A stretch of DNA of 64,000 bases from Planctomycetota bacterium (GTDB lineage: Bacteria > Planctomycetota > UBA1135 > UBA2386): NCBI GenBank assembly GCA_046290465.1, contig JBKAGP010000001.1, positions 5,280,001 to 5,344,000 of the forward strand. The letters run 5' to 3'. Shown piece after piece: positions 8,916 through 18,027 of the stretch (its first letter is position 1; each line of letters opens with the position of its first letter). The notes under the pieces were generated by a model. The model was not told where the DNA came from and made no database searches. It saw only the letters and a program-made list of their open reading frames with translations. The position numbers were made by a program, and so were the translations under genes.

Positions 8916-10943
8916 TCAGGCGGTCGTCAGCGCGTCGTCGTTCTTGGCGACGGCGCTCGGGAAGCGGAACTGGAAGGTCGTGCCGCTACCCGGCTGGCTG
9001 ATGGTCTCGATGCGGCCGCCGAGCGCGTCGCAGGCCTCGCGCACGGCGGCGAGGCCGACGCCGCGGCCGGACGTGTCGGAGACGTCGTCGCGGGTCGACA
9101 GGCCGGCCGCGAACAGCGCCTGCACGAGGTCCTGGTCGGTCTCGCACGGCAGGCCGCGCTCCTGTGCGCGGTTGCGCACGCCGTCCCAGTCGATGCCGCG
9201 ACCGTCGTCCTTGACCTCGACGACGACCTCGTCGTTCTCCTCGAACGTGCGCAGGTCCAGGTGCGCGACGTCGGGCTTGCCGACCTCGCTGCGCTGGTCG
9301 GGCGACTCGATGCCGTGGTCGATGGCGTTGCGCAGCACGTGCGTGAACGCGCTCCAGAACTGCTGGAAGCGGGCCCGCTCGATGCGCACGTCGTTGGCGT
9401 CGATCTCGACCTCGATGCTGCCCTTCTCGAGGCGGTCGGCCAGCGCCCGCGCCTGTTCGGCGAAGCGGCTGAGGCGGACCTCGGTCGGCTCCAGCGCCAG
9501 GTCGACCAGCAAGCGCGCGATCTCCGGGTGGTCGGTGCCGTCGACGACCTTGCCCAGCAGCGCCCGGTAGTCGTCGCCGGTGATGGTGACGTCGTCCTGC
9601 TCGCGGTGGCCGAGCATGCGGTCGACGGTCGACGTCAGCGAAACCCAACGATCCTTGAGCGTCTCGTAGGTGCTGTTGACGGCGACGTCGTCGCCCTCGG
9701 CCATGCGCTCCTCGAGCTCGTGGCACAGCTTGGCGACCGAGTCGACGCCGAACAGCGAGGTGTTGCCCTTGAGGGTGTGCACGCTGCGCTTCCGCGCGGC
9801 GACGTCGTCGCCGGCGGTCGGGCTCGACGCCTCGACCAGGCGCGAGGCCTCCTCGTAGAAGTCGACGAAGCCGTTGCGGTCGGCCAGGATCCGTTCAAAC
9901 AGCACCAGGATCTCACGCTGGCGCGACTCGGCCTCCTGCTGCGCGACGTCGGCGGTGACGTCAGTGACGACGATCATCATCTTCTCGATCTCGCCGGCGT
10001 CGTCGTGGATCGGCTGGTAGTCGAAGGTCACGTGGCGCTCGCCGAACTTCGCGGTCTTCGGCAGCTGGTCCAGCGCCAGCTCGGCCGGCAGGAAGCCGTC
10101 GACGACGCCCTCCCAGCAGATCGCCCACCAGTCGCCGAACTCCTGGTTGCCGCGGGCCATGTAGCCCGAGAACGCCTCGCCGGCCTCGTAGTCGCCGAAC
10201 CACTCGGCCAGCGCCTTGGAGTGCTCGGCGCACAGGCTGCCGTCGCGGTTGATCGTGACCAGGCCCTGGCGCACGTTGTCGAGCACCAGGCGCATGTCCT
10301 CGTTGCGCTTGCGGATCTCGGCGGTGCGCGCCTCGACCTTCTTCTCGAGGCCGATGACGTTGTCGAAGAAGTTGCGGGCGATGAAGCACGCCGCGAACGT
10401 TTCGAGCACCACGAAGCCGGCGTGCACCAGCACGACCCAGATCGGCGCGTCGTAGTTGAACACGCTCTGCGGCACCAGGTACCACAGCACCAGGTGGTGC
10501 AGCGCGACGGTCACCGCCGCCACGATGATCACCATCGGGTTGGCGAACAGCGCGAGCATCGCCAACACGCTGAAGAAGTAGAAGTGCATCTCGATCTGCA
10601 CCGGGCCCTGCCCGATGTGAACGAGGATTCCGCCCATGCACATCGACGTGAAGCCGAACACCAGCGACTTCGAGCGCTGCGACGTGAACGCGCGGCAGCC
10701 GAAGAACGGCACCATCAGCACCGAGGCGGTCAGCAGCAGCGTGAACAGCGGGTCGGTGTCGTTGACCCAGCTGATCAGCAGGAAGATCGGCAGGTGCGCG
10801 TAGAAGAAGCCCAGCGCGACCTTGTTCATCCGTTCGAGGTAGCTCTTCTCGAACGCGCTGATGGTCTTGGGCAGCACGCAGGCCTGCAGGAGGCGCCGGA
10901 ACAGGCCCGGGCGCTCGATCGTGGCGTCGGTGTCTTCGCTCAT
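8916..10943 (-). CDS. Membrane-bound CheA-like kinase (multi-TM sensor, PAS, Hpt, CheA-type HATPase; no CheW domain)
   Basis: About 6 TM helices with EMHFYFF/ALHHL; PAS-like LDNVRQGLVTINRDG; Hpt VHTLKG; HVLRNAIDHGIE; DDGRGID; SGRGVGL; ends right after the HATPase. Confidence 0.85.
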   Translation of the reverse strand: MSEDTDATIERPGLFRRLLQACVLPKTISAFEKSYLERMNKVALGFFYAHLPIFLLISWVNDTDPLFTLLLTASVLMVPFFGCRAFTSQRSKSLVFGFTSMCMGGILVHIGQGPVQIEMHFYFFSVLAMLALFANPMVIIVAAVTVALHHLVLWYLVPQSVFNYDAPIWVVLVHAGFVVLETFAACFIARNFFDNVIGLEKKVEARTAEIRKRNEDMRLVLDNVRQGLVTINRDGSLCAEHSKALAEWFGDYEAGEAFSGYMARGNQEFGDWWAICWEGVVDGFLPAELALDQLPKTAKFGERHVTFDYQPIHDDAGEIEKMMIVVTDVTADVAQQEAESRQREILVLFERILADRNGFVDFYEEASRLVEASSPTAGDDVAARKRSVHTLKGNTSLFGVDSVAKLCHELEERMAEGDDVAVNSTYETLKDRWVSLTSTVDRMLGHREQDDVTITGDDYRALLGKVVDGTDHPEIARLLVDLALEPTEVRLSRFAEQARALADRLEKGSIEVEIDANDVRIERARFQQFWSAFTHVLRNAIDHGIESPDQRSEVGKPDVAHLDLRTFEENDEVVVEVKDDGRGIDWDGVRNRAQERGLPCETDQDLVQALFAAGLSTRDDVSDTSGRGVGLAAVREACDALGGRIETISQPGSGTTFQFRFPSAVAKNDDALTTA

Positions 10944-10980
10944 GGTGATGGTCTGGTTGGCGATGGCGAGTGGCGGTGGA

Positions 10981-11619
10981 TCAGTACTTGATGCCGAACG
11001 GGTCGAGCGCGTCCTGCAGCGACGAGGACACGCCGCAGCCGAACACCGGCATCGGGTCGACCTGCTCGCCGGCGCGCAGACGCTCGACGATCTCCAGGTC
11101 GCGGTAGTCGATGGCCTGCTTGCGGTCGGTGTAGCCGCCGAGGTAGGCCACCTCGTGGCCGGGTGCGGTGACCAGCAACAGCGGCGCGGCCTCGATGCCG
11201 AAGCGCTGCTCGAGCTGCTCCTGGCTCAACACGATGCACGGCATGTCGCGCTCGCGGCAGGCGGCGGCGAACTCCTCGTCGGGCGCGCCGACCAGCAGCA
11301 CGACCTCGCGCAGGCCGGTCGGGGTCGGCCGTTCTGCGACGTAGTCGAACACGAACCGCGAGCAGCGGCAGCCCGAGTAGAGCACGTGGTAGGCCGTCCA
11401 ATCGTCGAAGCGCGCGCGCGCCGGCAGTTCGGCGAGGCCGCGACGCAGGGTCGCGTCGTGCGCCTGCGGCGTCGGTAGCGGCGCCCAGTGGCCGGTCATC
11501 AGCGACGACAGCACCAACAGCACCATCGGCGCCCAGACGAACAGCAGCACCCGCGCCGTGATGGTGCGGAAGCGGCTGCCGTCGGTCGGCGCGTCGGTCG
11601 TGCTCGATGGGATCGTCAC
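10981..11619 (-). CDS. Membrane-anchored thioredoxin-fold-like protein with CxC and C-terminal PVFGC motifs
   Basis: N-terminal TM; HVLYSGCRCS; FGIEAAPLL; PMPVFGCG. Confidence 0.6.
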   Translation of the reverse strand: MTIPSSTTDAPTDGSRFRTITARVLLFVWAPMVLLVLSSLMTGHWAPLPTPQAHDATLRRGLAELPARARFDDWTAYHVLYSGCRCSRFVFDYVAERPTPTGLREVVLLVGAPDEEFAAACRERDMPCIVLSQEQLEQRFGIEAAPLLLVTAPGHEVAYLGGYTDRKQAIDYRDLEIVERLRAGEQVDPMPVFGCGVSSSLQDALDPFGIKY

Positions 11620-11653
11620 CTGCGTTGGCTCCGGGGCTGTGAGGTCGTGCGCC

Positions 11654-12148
11654 TCAGAAGAACAGCGTCTCGCCCTCGGCGACGGTCTCGTCGTCGGGGA
11701 CCTCGACCAGTTCGATGTCCTTGGCGCTCTCGTAGTCGAGCCAGGCGACGATGTTCTGGTCGTCGGTCTTCGACTGGTGCTCGGCGCGGCACGACTCGCC
11801 GGTGTTGCAAACCTCGATGGTGACGCCGCGCACCACGATCGGCGGCGTGATCGTGATCACCTGGCCGTAGCGAGCGAGGCCGCGCTTGAGGTGGCCCGCG
11901 ATCAGGTTGGCGGTCTCGCCGAGCGAGTCCTCGGCCTGCGCTTCGCCGGCGCCGAGGTGCTCGCGCACCGTGACCAGCGCATTGGTGCCGACGGCGACCG
12001 CGATGGTGCCGCGCAGCTGGTCGCCGGTGAATCCGATGATCGCCGCGGTGCGGAGCGGCTCCGTGTCGGCGTTGCCCTGCTCGAGCGCGGGCAGGTTCGA
12101 TTGGCACGCCTCTTCGAGCGCGCGTTCGGCAAGTTCCCTGATCTGCAT
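11654..12148 (-). CDS. cheX: CheX-family phosphatase
   Basis: AIIGFTGDQLRGTI; catalytic ExxN motif in GETANLIAG; ITPPIVVRG. Confidence 0.8.
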   Translation of the reverse strand: MQIRELAERALEEACQSNLPALEQGNADTEPLRTAAIIGFTGDQLRGTIAVAVGTNALVTVREHLGAGEAQAEDSLGETANLIAGHLKRGLARYGQVITITPPIVVRGVTIEVCNTGESCRAEHQSKTDDQNIVAWLDYESAKDIELVEVPDDETVAEGETLFF

Positions 12149-12383
12149 CGTTTCTCCTGGGGCTGGGTCCCCGCGCGCCTATCGCGACGCAGCTGGCGCC
12201 GGCTTGACGGTCGCTGCTGCCTGGCGTGCACGGCCCGCCGGCATGGCCGGGTCGCGCCGCGGATTTCATGGGCCCGTGCATGCTGCAGATGCGGGCATGC
12301 ACGCGCCTGCCGCTGTTGGCAGCGGCAGTAGGGGAACGATCCTCAGGTGTCGCCCGTGGGCCCTTGGGCGCAGGGCGGCCGGG

Positions 12384-13070
12384 CTACGGTTCGAAGCGGA
12401 AGCCGACGCCGCGCACGGTGTGCAGGTGGCGCGGATCGCCGGGGTCCAGCTCGAACATCTTGCGCAGGTGCAGCACGACGTTGTCGAGCGTGCGCACGGT
12501 GCGCGGCGCAGATGCTCCGAACAGCGTCTCGACCACGGTCCGACGCGAGACCACGGTCGACGCGTGGCCGGCGAGCAGCTTGAGCAGGCGCGTCTCGGTC
12601 GCGGTCAGCTTGGCGGTCTGGCCGTCGTGGCAAAGGGCCGTCATCGCGCGGAAGTCGATGCGGTTGCCGCCGAACTCGAGGGTGTCGTCGCCGGCCGCGG
12701 GTGCTGGCTGACGACGCAGCAACGCGTCGACGCGCAGCAACAGCTCGCGCAGGTTGAACGGCTTGGTCAGGTAGTCGTCGGCCTGCAGCTCGAGGCCGCG
12801 GATCCGGTCCTGGTCGTCGGCGCGCGCGCTGAGGATCAGCACCGGGGTATCGTCGCCGCGGCCGCGCAGCTCCTCGAGCACCTCGAAGCCGTCCTTGCCG
12901 GGCAGCATCACGTCGAGGATCAGCAGGTCGATGCCGCCCTTCGCCATGCGCTCGAGGGCGCGCGGGCCGGTCAACACGTGCTCGGCGTGGTAGGACTCGT
13001 GCGAGAGGTTGTCGCACAGCATCTCGCCGAGCTGACGTTCGTCCTCGGCGACCAGGATCCAGCGGCTCAT
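12384..13070 (-). CDS. OmpR-family response regulator
   Basis: MSRWILVAEDE, ILDVMLP, ADDYLTKPF, HTVRGVGFRF; ATGA overlap with the kinase. Confidence 0.9.
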   Translation of the reverse strand: MSRWILVAEDERQLGEMLCDNLSHESYHAEHVLTGPRALERMAKGGIDLLILDVMLPGKDGFEVLEELRGRGDDTPVLILSARADDQDRIRGLELQADDYLTKPFNLRELLLRVDALLRRQPAPAAGDDTLEFGGNRIDFRAMTALCHDGQTAKLTATETRLLKLLAGHASTVVSRRTVVETLFGASAPRTVRTLDNVVLHLRKMFELDPGDPRHLHTVRGVGFRFEP

Positions 13071-14050
13071 GAACGTTCCTCCAGGGGGATGCGGACGACG
13101 AAGGTGCTGCCCTGGTCGCGGCCGGGGCTGGCGGCCTGCACGGTGCCGTCGTGCGCGGTGACCATCTCGTGCACCAGGTGCAGGCCGAGGCCGGTGCCGC
13201 CGCTGGCGCGGTCGTCGCCGCGCCAGAACGGCTGGAAGGCGTGGCGGCGCTCGTCGTCGTCGAGGCCGCGGCCGGCGTCCCGCACGGTCAGTTGCGCGTG
13301 GCCGGCGTCGCGCTGCAACGCCACCGAGACGGTCGATGCGGCCGGCGAGAACTTGATCGCGTTGTCGAGCAGGTTGCGCAGCACCAGCTGGATCGCCGCG
13401 GCGTCGCGCAGCGCCGGCAGTTGCTCGGGCGCGTCGACCGCGATCTCGATGTCGGCGGCGAGCGCGCGCGCGTGCATCGCCTCGGTGGCCTGGCGCACGT
13501 CGGCGGCGAGGTCGCCCCGGGTCTTGACCATCGACGAACCGGCGCTGCGCAGGCCGGCTGCCTTCAGCACGTTGTGCAGGCCGCGTTCGAGCCGCTCGGC
13601 CTCGAGCAGTCCGTTGGTCAGGTAGCGCTGACGCTTCTCGTCGGGCACGCGGCCATCGCGCAGCGATTCGAGCAGCAGCGAGATCGTTGCCAGCGGGGTC
13701 TTCAGCTCGTGGGTCGCCGCCGCCAGGAAGCGATCCTGGTTGGCGCGCAGGGCCGCCTCGCGGCGCACCGAGGCCAGGAACAGCATGCCGCAGACCGCGA
13801 GCACGATCGCGAAGAACACCGCCTCGCTGGCGAACATCCACTGGCGTCGCACGCCGACCGTGGCCAGCGCCTCGGCGTCGGGGGCGCCGAGCGCGCGCGC
13901 CGCGCCGTCGGCATCGGCGGCGACCAGTCGGTCGCTCGCCGCGGCCAGGTCCGCGCTGGCCAACAGCAGGAACGTCGCCCACCACGCCAGCAGGGCGAAG
14001 GACAGGCAGAGCACGAACGCGAACAGCAGGCTGCTGGAGGAGCGGATCAC
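13067..14050 (-). CDS. Membrane sensor histidine kinase
   Basis: Two TM segments; ATHELKTPL; NLLDNAIKFS; DAGRG; GTGLGL. Confidence 0.9.
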   Translation of the reverse strand: MIRSSSSLLFAFVLCLSFALLAWWATFLLLASADLAAASDRLVAADADGAARALGAPDAEALATVGVRRQWMFASEAVFFAIVLAVCGMLFLASVRREAALRANQDRFLAAATHELKTPLATISLLLESLRDGRVPDEKRQRYLTNGLLEAERLERGLHNVLKAAGLRSAGSSMVKTRGDLAADVRQATEAMHARALAADIEIAVDAPEQLPALRDAAAIQLVLRNLLDNAIKFSPAASTVSVALQRDAGHAQLTVRDAGRGLDDDERRHAFQPFWRGDDRASGGTGLGLHLVHEMVTAHDGTVQAASPGRDQGSTFVVRIPLEERS

Positions 14051-14164
14051 GAATACGGCAGACTAACGCGGCGCCGTTCGAGATCTGGGACCGATCGGGT
14101 GCAGAGATCGTTCGGCATCAGGGGCGCCAACGGGGAGCACCATACGGCGCCAGCACGGCAGCGT

Positions 14165-14193
14165 GTCACGAGCGGGTCATTCGACGCTACGAT
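14165..14193 (+). promoter_or_regulatory. Putative OmpR/PhoB-type direct repeat plus -10 element upstream of the DUF1592 gene
   Basis: GTCAC (14165) and GTCAT (14176) with an 11-bp period, then TACGAT (14188-14193), 8 nt before ATG 14202. Confidence 0.4.
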
Positions 14194-14201
14194 GCGCGAC
14201 C

Positions 14202-16481
14202 ATGCGCCCGGTCTGCCTGTTGCCATTGCTGTTCGCGCTCGGCCTGCCCGCCCAGCAGGATCCGTTCGTCACGGGGTTCGTCGAGGAGCACTGCCATTCG
14301 TGCCACGGTGAGGACAAGGTGTCCGGCGACCTCGACCTGACCCGGCCGCCGGAGGGACGGATCGAGACGCTGTGGCGCTGGAGCCGCGTGCGCGAGCGCA
14401 TTCGGTCGTTCGAGATGCCGCCGGTGCACGTCAGCGAGGTGACCCTCGAGGAGCGCCAGAAGGTGGTCGCGTTCGTCGACCAACTGCTCGAGCGCGAGGT
14501 GCCGAAGCTGCCGGCCGACGCCGGCCGGGTCACGGTGCGGCGGCTCAGCCGCAGCCAGTGGCGCAACACCGTGCGGGACCTGCTCGGGGTCGACGTCGAC
14601 GTGCGCAGCTTTCCGGCGGACGACCTCGGCTACGGCTTCGACACGATCGGGGACGCGCTGACGTTCTCGACGCTGCACCTCGAGAAGTACCTGGCCGCGG
14701 CGACCGAGGTGGCGGCGGAGGTGTTCCACGGCGAGGATCCGGAGCATCCCGCGCAGCGTGTGTTCGCAGGCGGCACGATGCACCTGGTCGACGGCCGCGG
14801 CGCGACCATGCGCAGCCGCGCGCACATGTACACCAACGCGACGGTCGAGCAGGCGGTCGACCTGCCGCGCGACGGGGTCTACCGGCTGCGGATCGCGGCG
14901 GCCGGGCGACAGGCCGGCGACGAGCCGGCGCGGATGCGGCCGGCGATCGACGGCCGACCGCTCGACGTGATCGACGTCGCCAACACGAGCGTGCGCGACT
15001 TCGTGGTCGAGACCAGGATGACGCGCGGCCAGCACAAGATCGCGGTGTCGTTCATCAACGACTTCTACGATCCGAAGAACCGGGACAAGAGCCGTCGCGA
15101 TCGCAACCTCGACGTCGAGTCGGTCACGATCGAGGGGCCGATCGACGCGCGGATCGTGCCGGACGAGGTGCGCTGGCTCGAGGCGTCGGCGACCGGCCGC
15201 TCCGACGCGGTCCGGCTGCGCAGCCAGATCGACGCGCTGCTGCCGCAGCTGTGGCGGCGGCCGGTCACCCCGGCGGAGCGTCAGCGGCTGCAGCGGGCCG
15301 GCGAGCAGCGCCTGCGCCAGGGAGCGACATTGCTCGATGCGCAGCGGTTCGTGCTGGCTGCGGCGCTGACGTCGCCGAACTTCCTGTTTCGGGTCGAGCG
15401 CGGCGCTTCCGACGCGCCGCTCGAAGGTGCGGCGCTGGCGTCGCGGTTGTCGTACTTCCTGTGGGCGAGCGCGCCGGACGGGCGGCTGCGCGCGCTGGCG
15501 CAGCAGGGGCGGTTGCACGAGCCGGACGTGCTGGTCGCCGAGGTCGACCGGATGCTGCGCGATCGGCGCGGCGAGAGCCTGGCCCGGGAGTTCGCCGGGC
15601 AGTGGCTCGAACTGCGCTCGCTGGCGACGGTGCGGCCGGACCCGGACCGCTATCCGTTCGACGACGCCTTGCGGGCCTCGCTCGCGCGCGAGACCGAACT
15701 GCTGTTCCTGGCGGTGCTGCGCGAGGGGCGTGACGTGCGCGAACTGCTCGACGCCGACTTCACCCACGTGGACGCGCGGCTGGCGACGTTCTACGGCCTG
15801 CCACACGAGGGCGCGTCCGACGCGTTCGTGCGGGTCGCGCTCGAGGGCGACGCGCGGCGCCGGGGTGGTCTGCTCGGCCACGGCAGCGTGCTGGCGGTCA
15901 CGTCGAGCCCGACGCGCACGTCGCCGGTGCTGCGCGGCAAGTGGATCCTCGACAACCTGCTCGGCCAGGCGCCGCCGCCGCCGCCGCCCGGCAACGACTC
16001 GTTCGAGGACGAGGCCGCGATCGACGGTTCGGCGACGCTGCGCGAACGCATGGCCCAGCACCGGGAACGTTCGAAGTGCGCGGTCTGCCACGTGCGCATG
16101 GACACGTTGGGCCTGGCGCTCGAGCGCTTCGACGCGATCGGCCGCTACCGCGAACGCGACGCCGCCGGCGTCATCGACGCCAGCGGCGACCTGCCCGACG
16201 GCCGCCGCCTCGACGGCCTGGTCGACCTCAAGCGCGCGCTGGCTGCGGACCCGACGTTCGTGCGCACGGTGGCCCACAAGCTGTTCGTCTACGCGGTCGG
16301 CCGCGACCTGCGCCCGGTCGACCGCCTGCGCATCGACCACGCGGTCCACCAGCTGCAGCAGCGCGACACCGTGACCCTGCGCGACCTGATCCTGCTGGTC
16401 GCCACCGACCCCGCCTTCCTCACCCGCACCCGACACCGCACCGACCCGGTCGCGCAAGGCGCGACAAGTGGCGCAGGATGA
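14202..16481 (+). CDS. Planctomycete cytochrome c / PSD protein (DUF1587-DUF1595-DUF1592-DUF1588-DUF1585) with an internal CBM-like insert
   Basis: Signal peptide; CHSCH; VRRLSR..NTVRDL; LTSPNFLFR; LASRLSYFLW; RTSPVLRGKWIL; CAVCH; insert with FINDFY..DRNL. Confidence 0.9.
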   Translation: MRPVCLLPLLFALGLPAQQDPFVTGFVEEHCHSCHGEDKVSGDLDLTRPPEGRIETLWRWSRVRERIRSFEMPPVHVSEVTLEERQKVVAFVDQLLEREVPKLPADAGRVTVRRLSRSQWRNTVRDLLGVDVDVRSFPADDLGYGFDTIGDALTFSTLHLEKYLAAATEVAAEVFHGEDPEHPAQRVFAGGTMHLVDGRGATMRSRAHMYTNATVEQAVDLPRDGVYRLRIAAAGRQAGDEPARMRPAIDGRPLDVIDVANTSVRDFVVETRMTRGQHKIAVSFINDFYDPKNRDKSRRDRNLDVESVTIEGPIDARIVPDEVRWLEASATGRSDAVRLRSQIDALLPQLWRRPVTPAERQRLQRAGEQRLRQGATLLDAQRFVLAAALTSPNFLFRVERGASDAPLEGAALASRLSYFLWASAPDGRLRALAQQGRLHEPDVLVAEVDRMLRDRRGESLAREFAGQWLELRSLATVRPDPDRYPFDDALRASLARETELLFLAVLREGRDVRELLDADFTHVDARLATFYGLPHEGASDAFVRVALEGDARRRGGLLGHGSVLAVTSSPTRTSPVLRGKWILDNLLGQAPPPPPPGNDSFEDEAAIDGSATLRERMAQHRERSKCAVCHVRMDTLGLALERFDAIGRYRERDAAGVIDASGDLPDGRRLDGLVDLKRALAADPTFVRTVAHKLFVYAVGRDLRPVDRLRIDHAVHQLQQRDTVTLRDLILLVATDPAFLTRTRHRTDPVAQGATSGAG

Positions 16482-16502
16482 ACCGGGTTCGGTATGCGGT
16501 GT
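16433..16502. repeat. Degenerate copy of the REP-like palindromic element found at 29505-29591
   Basis: 16470-16502 ggcgcaggatgaaccgggttcggtatgcggtgt matches the 29.5 kb arm at 29/33 positions; eroded complementary arm at about 16433-16450. Confidence 0.7.
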
Positions 16503-16512
16503 CAGGCTGGGA

Positions 16513-18027
16513 TCACGGCAGGCTGAAGATGCCGCGGATCTCGCGCAGCTGGTCGTCGTCGAGCACGCGGGGGACCTTGTGCTGGCCGCCGACCTTGCCG
16601 CGCTTCTTCATGAAGTCGAGGAACGTGCCGATCGGCAGGCTGTCGACGGCGGGCGGCAGCAGGCCGTAGGTGCGATGGGTCGCGTAGTCCTCGTTGCCCG
16701 CCTGCAGCGTCTCGTCGAGCACGCGGCCGAACGTCTCGGCGTCGTCGGGCTGGCGGTGGAACTCGACCAGGTAGCTGTGGCCGCCCATCGGCTCGCCGTG
16801 CTCCGGGTAGCGCACCCCGACCGCGAACTCGCTGACGACCGCGGCGGTGGCCTCGGCGGCGCGGGCGATTGCGCGTTCGAGCTCGCCGCCGCTGACGTGC
16901 TCGCCGAACGCGTTGAGCGTGTGGGCGATGCGTCCGGCGAACACCATGCGCAGTGGTTCGATCGACGGGAAGCGCACCAGGTCGCCGACCAGGTACGAGA
17001 CGATGCCGGAGTCGGTCGTCAGCGCGACCGCGTAGTCGACGTCAGGCTCGACCTCGTGCGCGGCCAGCCGGCGCGCGTCCGGCTTGCCGAGCTCGTCGGC
17101 CGGCACGAACTCGAAGAAGGTGCTGCGGTCGAGCAGCGGCAGCATGCCGGGGTCGTCGATGCGGTCCTGCACGGCGAGCATGCCGCCTTCGGACGCCGAG
17201 TAGGTGTCCGTGTAGCGGATGTCCTCGCCGACCAGCACGCGGCAGCGGTCGGCATAGGGGGCGAACGTCACCCCGCCGTGCACGAACAGCTGCAGGTTGG
17301 GCCAGACCTCGCGCAGCGTCGTGGCCGCGCGGCCCTGTCGCCGGCAGTGTTCCAGCACCTTCTCGCCGAACAGCACGATCCACGACGGCACGCCGGCGAG
17401 CATGCGCAGGTCGACGTCGGCGGTCTGCGCCGCGGCCTGCTCGACCTTCTGCTCCCACGACGGCATCGCACGCACCTTGGCGTCCGGCGCGTGCATGCCG
17501 CGCAGGCAGCGCGGCACGTGCAGCGCCATGATGCCGGTGTTGTCGCCGATGTAGACGTCGCCGTGTTCGCGCAGCGCGGTCGAGCCGCCGAGGAACAGCA
17601 GCTTGCCGCCGAACAGGTCGCCGCGGCCGTCGGCGAGGTGGGGGACCAGCGAGTCGAAGCCGCCGCGCTTGTTGTTGGCGATCGTCGCCGCGCTGACCGG
17701 CAGGAACTTCTCGCCGCTGGTCGTGCCCGACGAGATCGCCCAGAACTTGGTCAGCCCGGGCCAGACGACGTCCCGTTCGCCGGCCCGCGCGCGTTCCCAC
17801 CACGGCGCCATGCTGTGGTAGTCGTGCAGCGGCACCGCGCGACGCAGGTCGTCGTGGCTGCGCACCTGGTCGAAGCCGTGTTCGCGACCGAACGCCGTCT
17901 TGCGCATGCGCGCGAGCAGCTGGTCGAACACCCGCTGCTGCGGCGCGCGCGGCGCAGCAGCGTGCTGCAGCATGGTCTTGAGTCGCCGCTTCGCGATGCG
18001 CGCGGCGACCGAGCCGATCAGGCTCAT
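16513..18027 (-). CDS. GH3-family acyl-adenylate/amido synthetase
   Basis: SSGTTSGEKFLPVS; LFVHGGV; YSASEG; FFEFVP; YLVGDLV; GGQHKVPR. Confidence 0.9.
   Translation of the reverse strand: MSLIGSVAARIAKRRLKTMLQHAAAPRAPQQRVFDQLLARMRKTAFGREHGFDQVRSHDDLRRAVPLHDYHSMAPWWERARAGERDVVWPGLTKFWAISSGTTSGEKFLPVSAATIANNKRGGFDSLVPHLADGRGDLFGGKLLFLGGSTALREHGDVYIGDNTGIMALHVPRCLRGMHAPDAKVRAMPSWEQKVEQAAAQTADVDLRMLAGVPSWIVLFGEKVLEHCRRQGRAATTLREVWPNLQLFVHGGVTFAPYADRCRVLVGEDIRYTDTYSASEGGMLAVQDRIDDPGMLPLLDRSTFFEFVPADELGKPDARRLAAHEVEPDVDYAVALTTDSGIVSYLVGDLVRFPSIEPLRMVFAGRIAHTLNAFGEHVSGGELERAIARAAEATAAVVSEFAVGVRYPEHGEPMGGHSYLVEFHRQPDDAETFGRVLDETLQAGNEDYATHRTYGLLPPAVDSLPIGTFLDFMKKRGKVGGQHKVPRVLDDDQLREIRGIFSLP

Noticed and set aside
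6316..9570. 1084-aa plus-strand ORF
   Set aside because: Shadow of the minus-strand chemosensory genes.
12275..12303. 9-bp inverted repeat CGTGCATGC-N11-GCATGCACG upstream of cheX
   Set aside because: Single GC-rich instance with no recognisable regulator motif or U-tract; cannot be told apart from chance.
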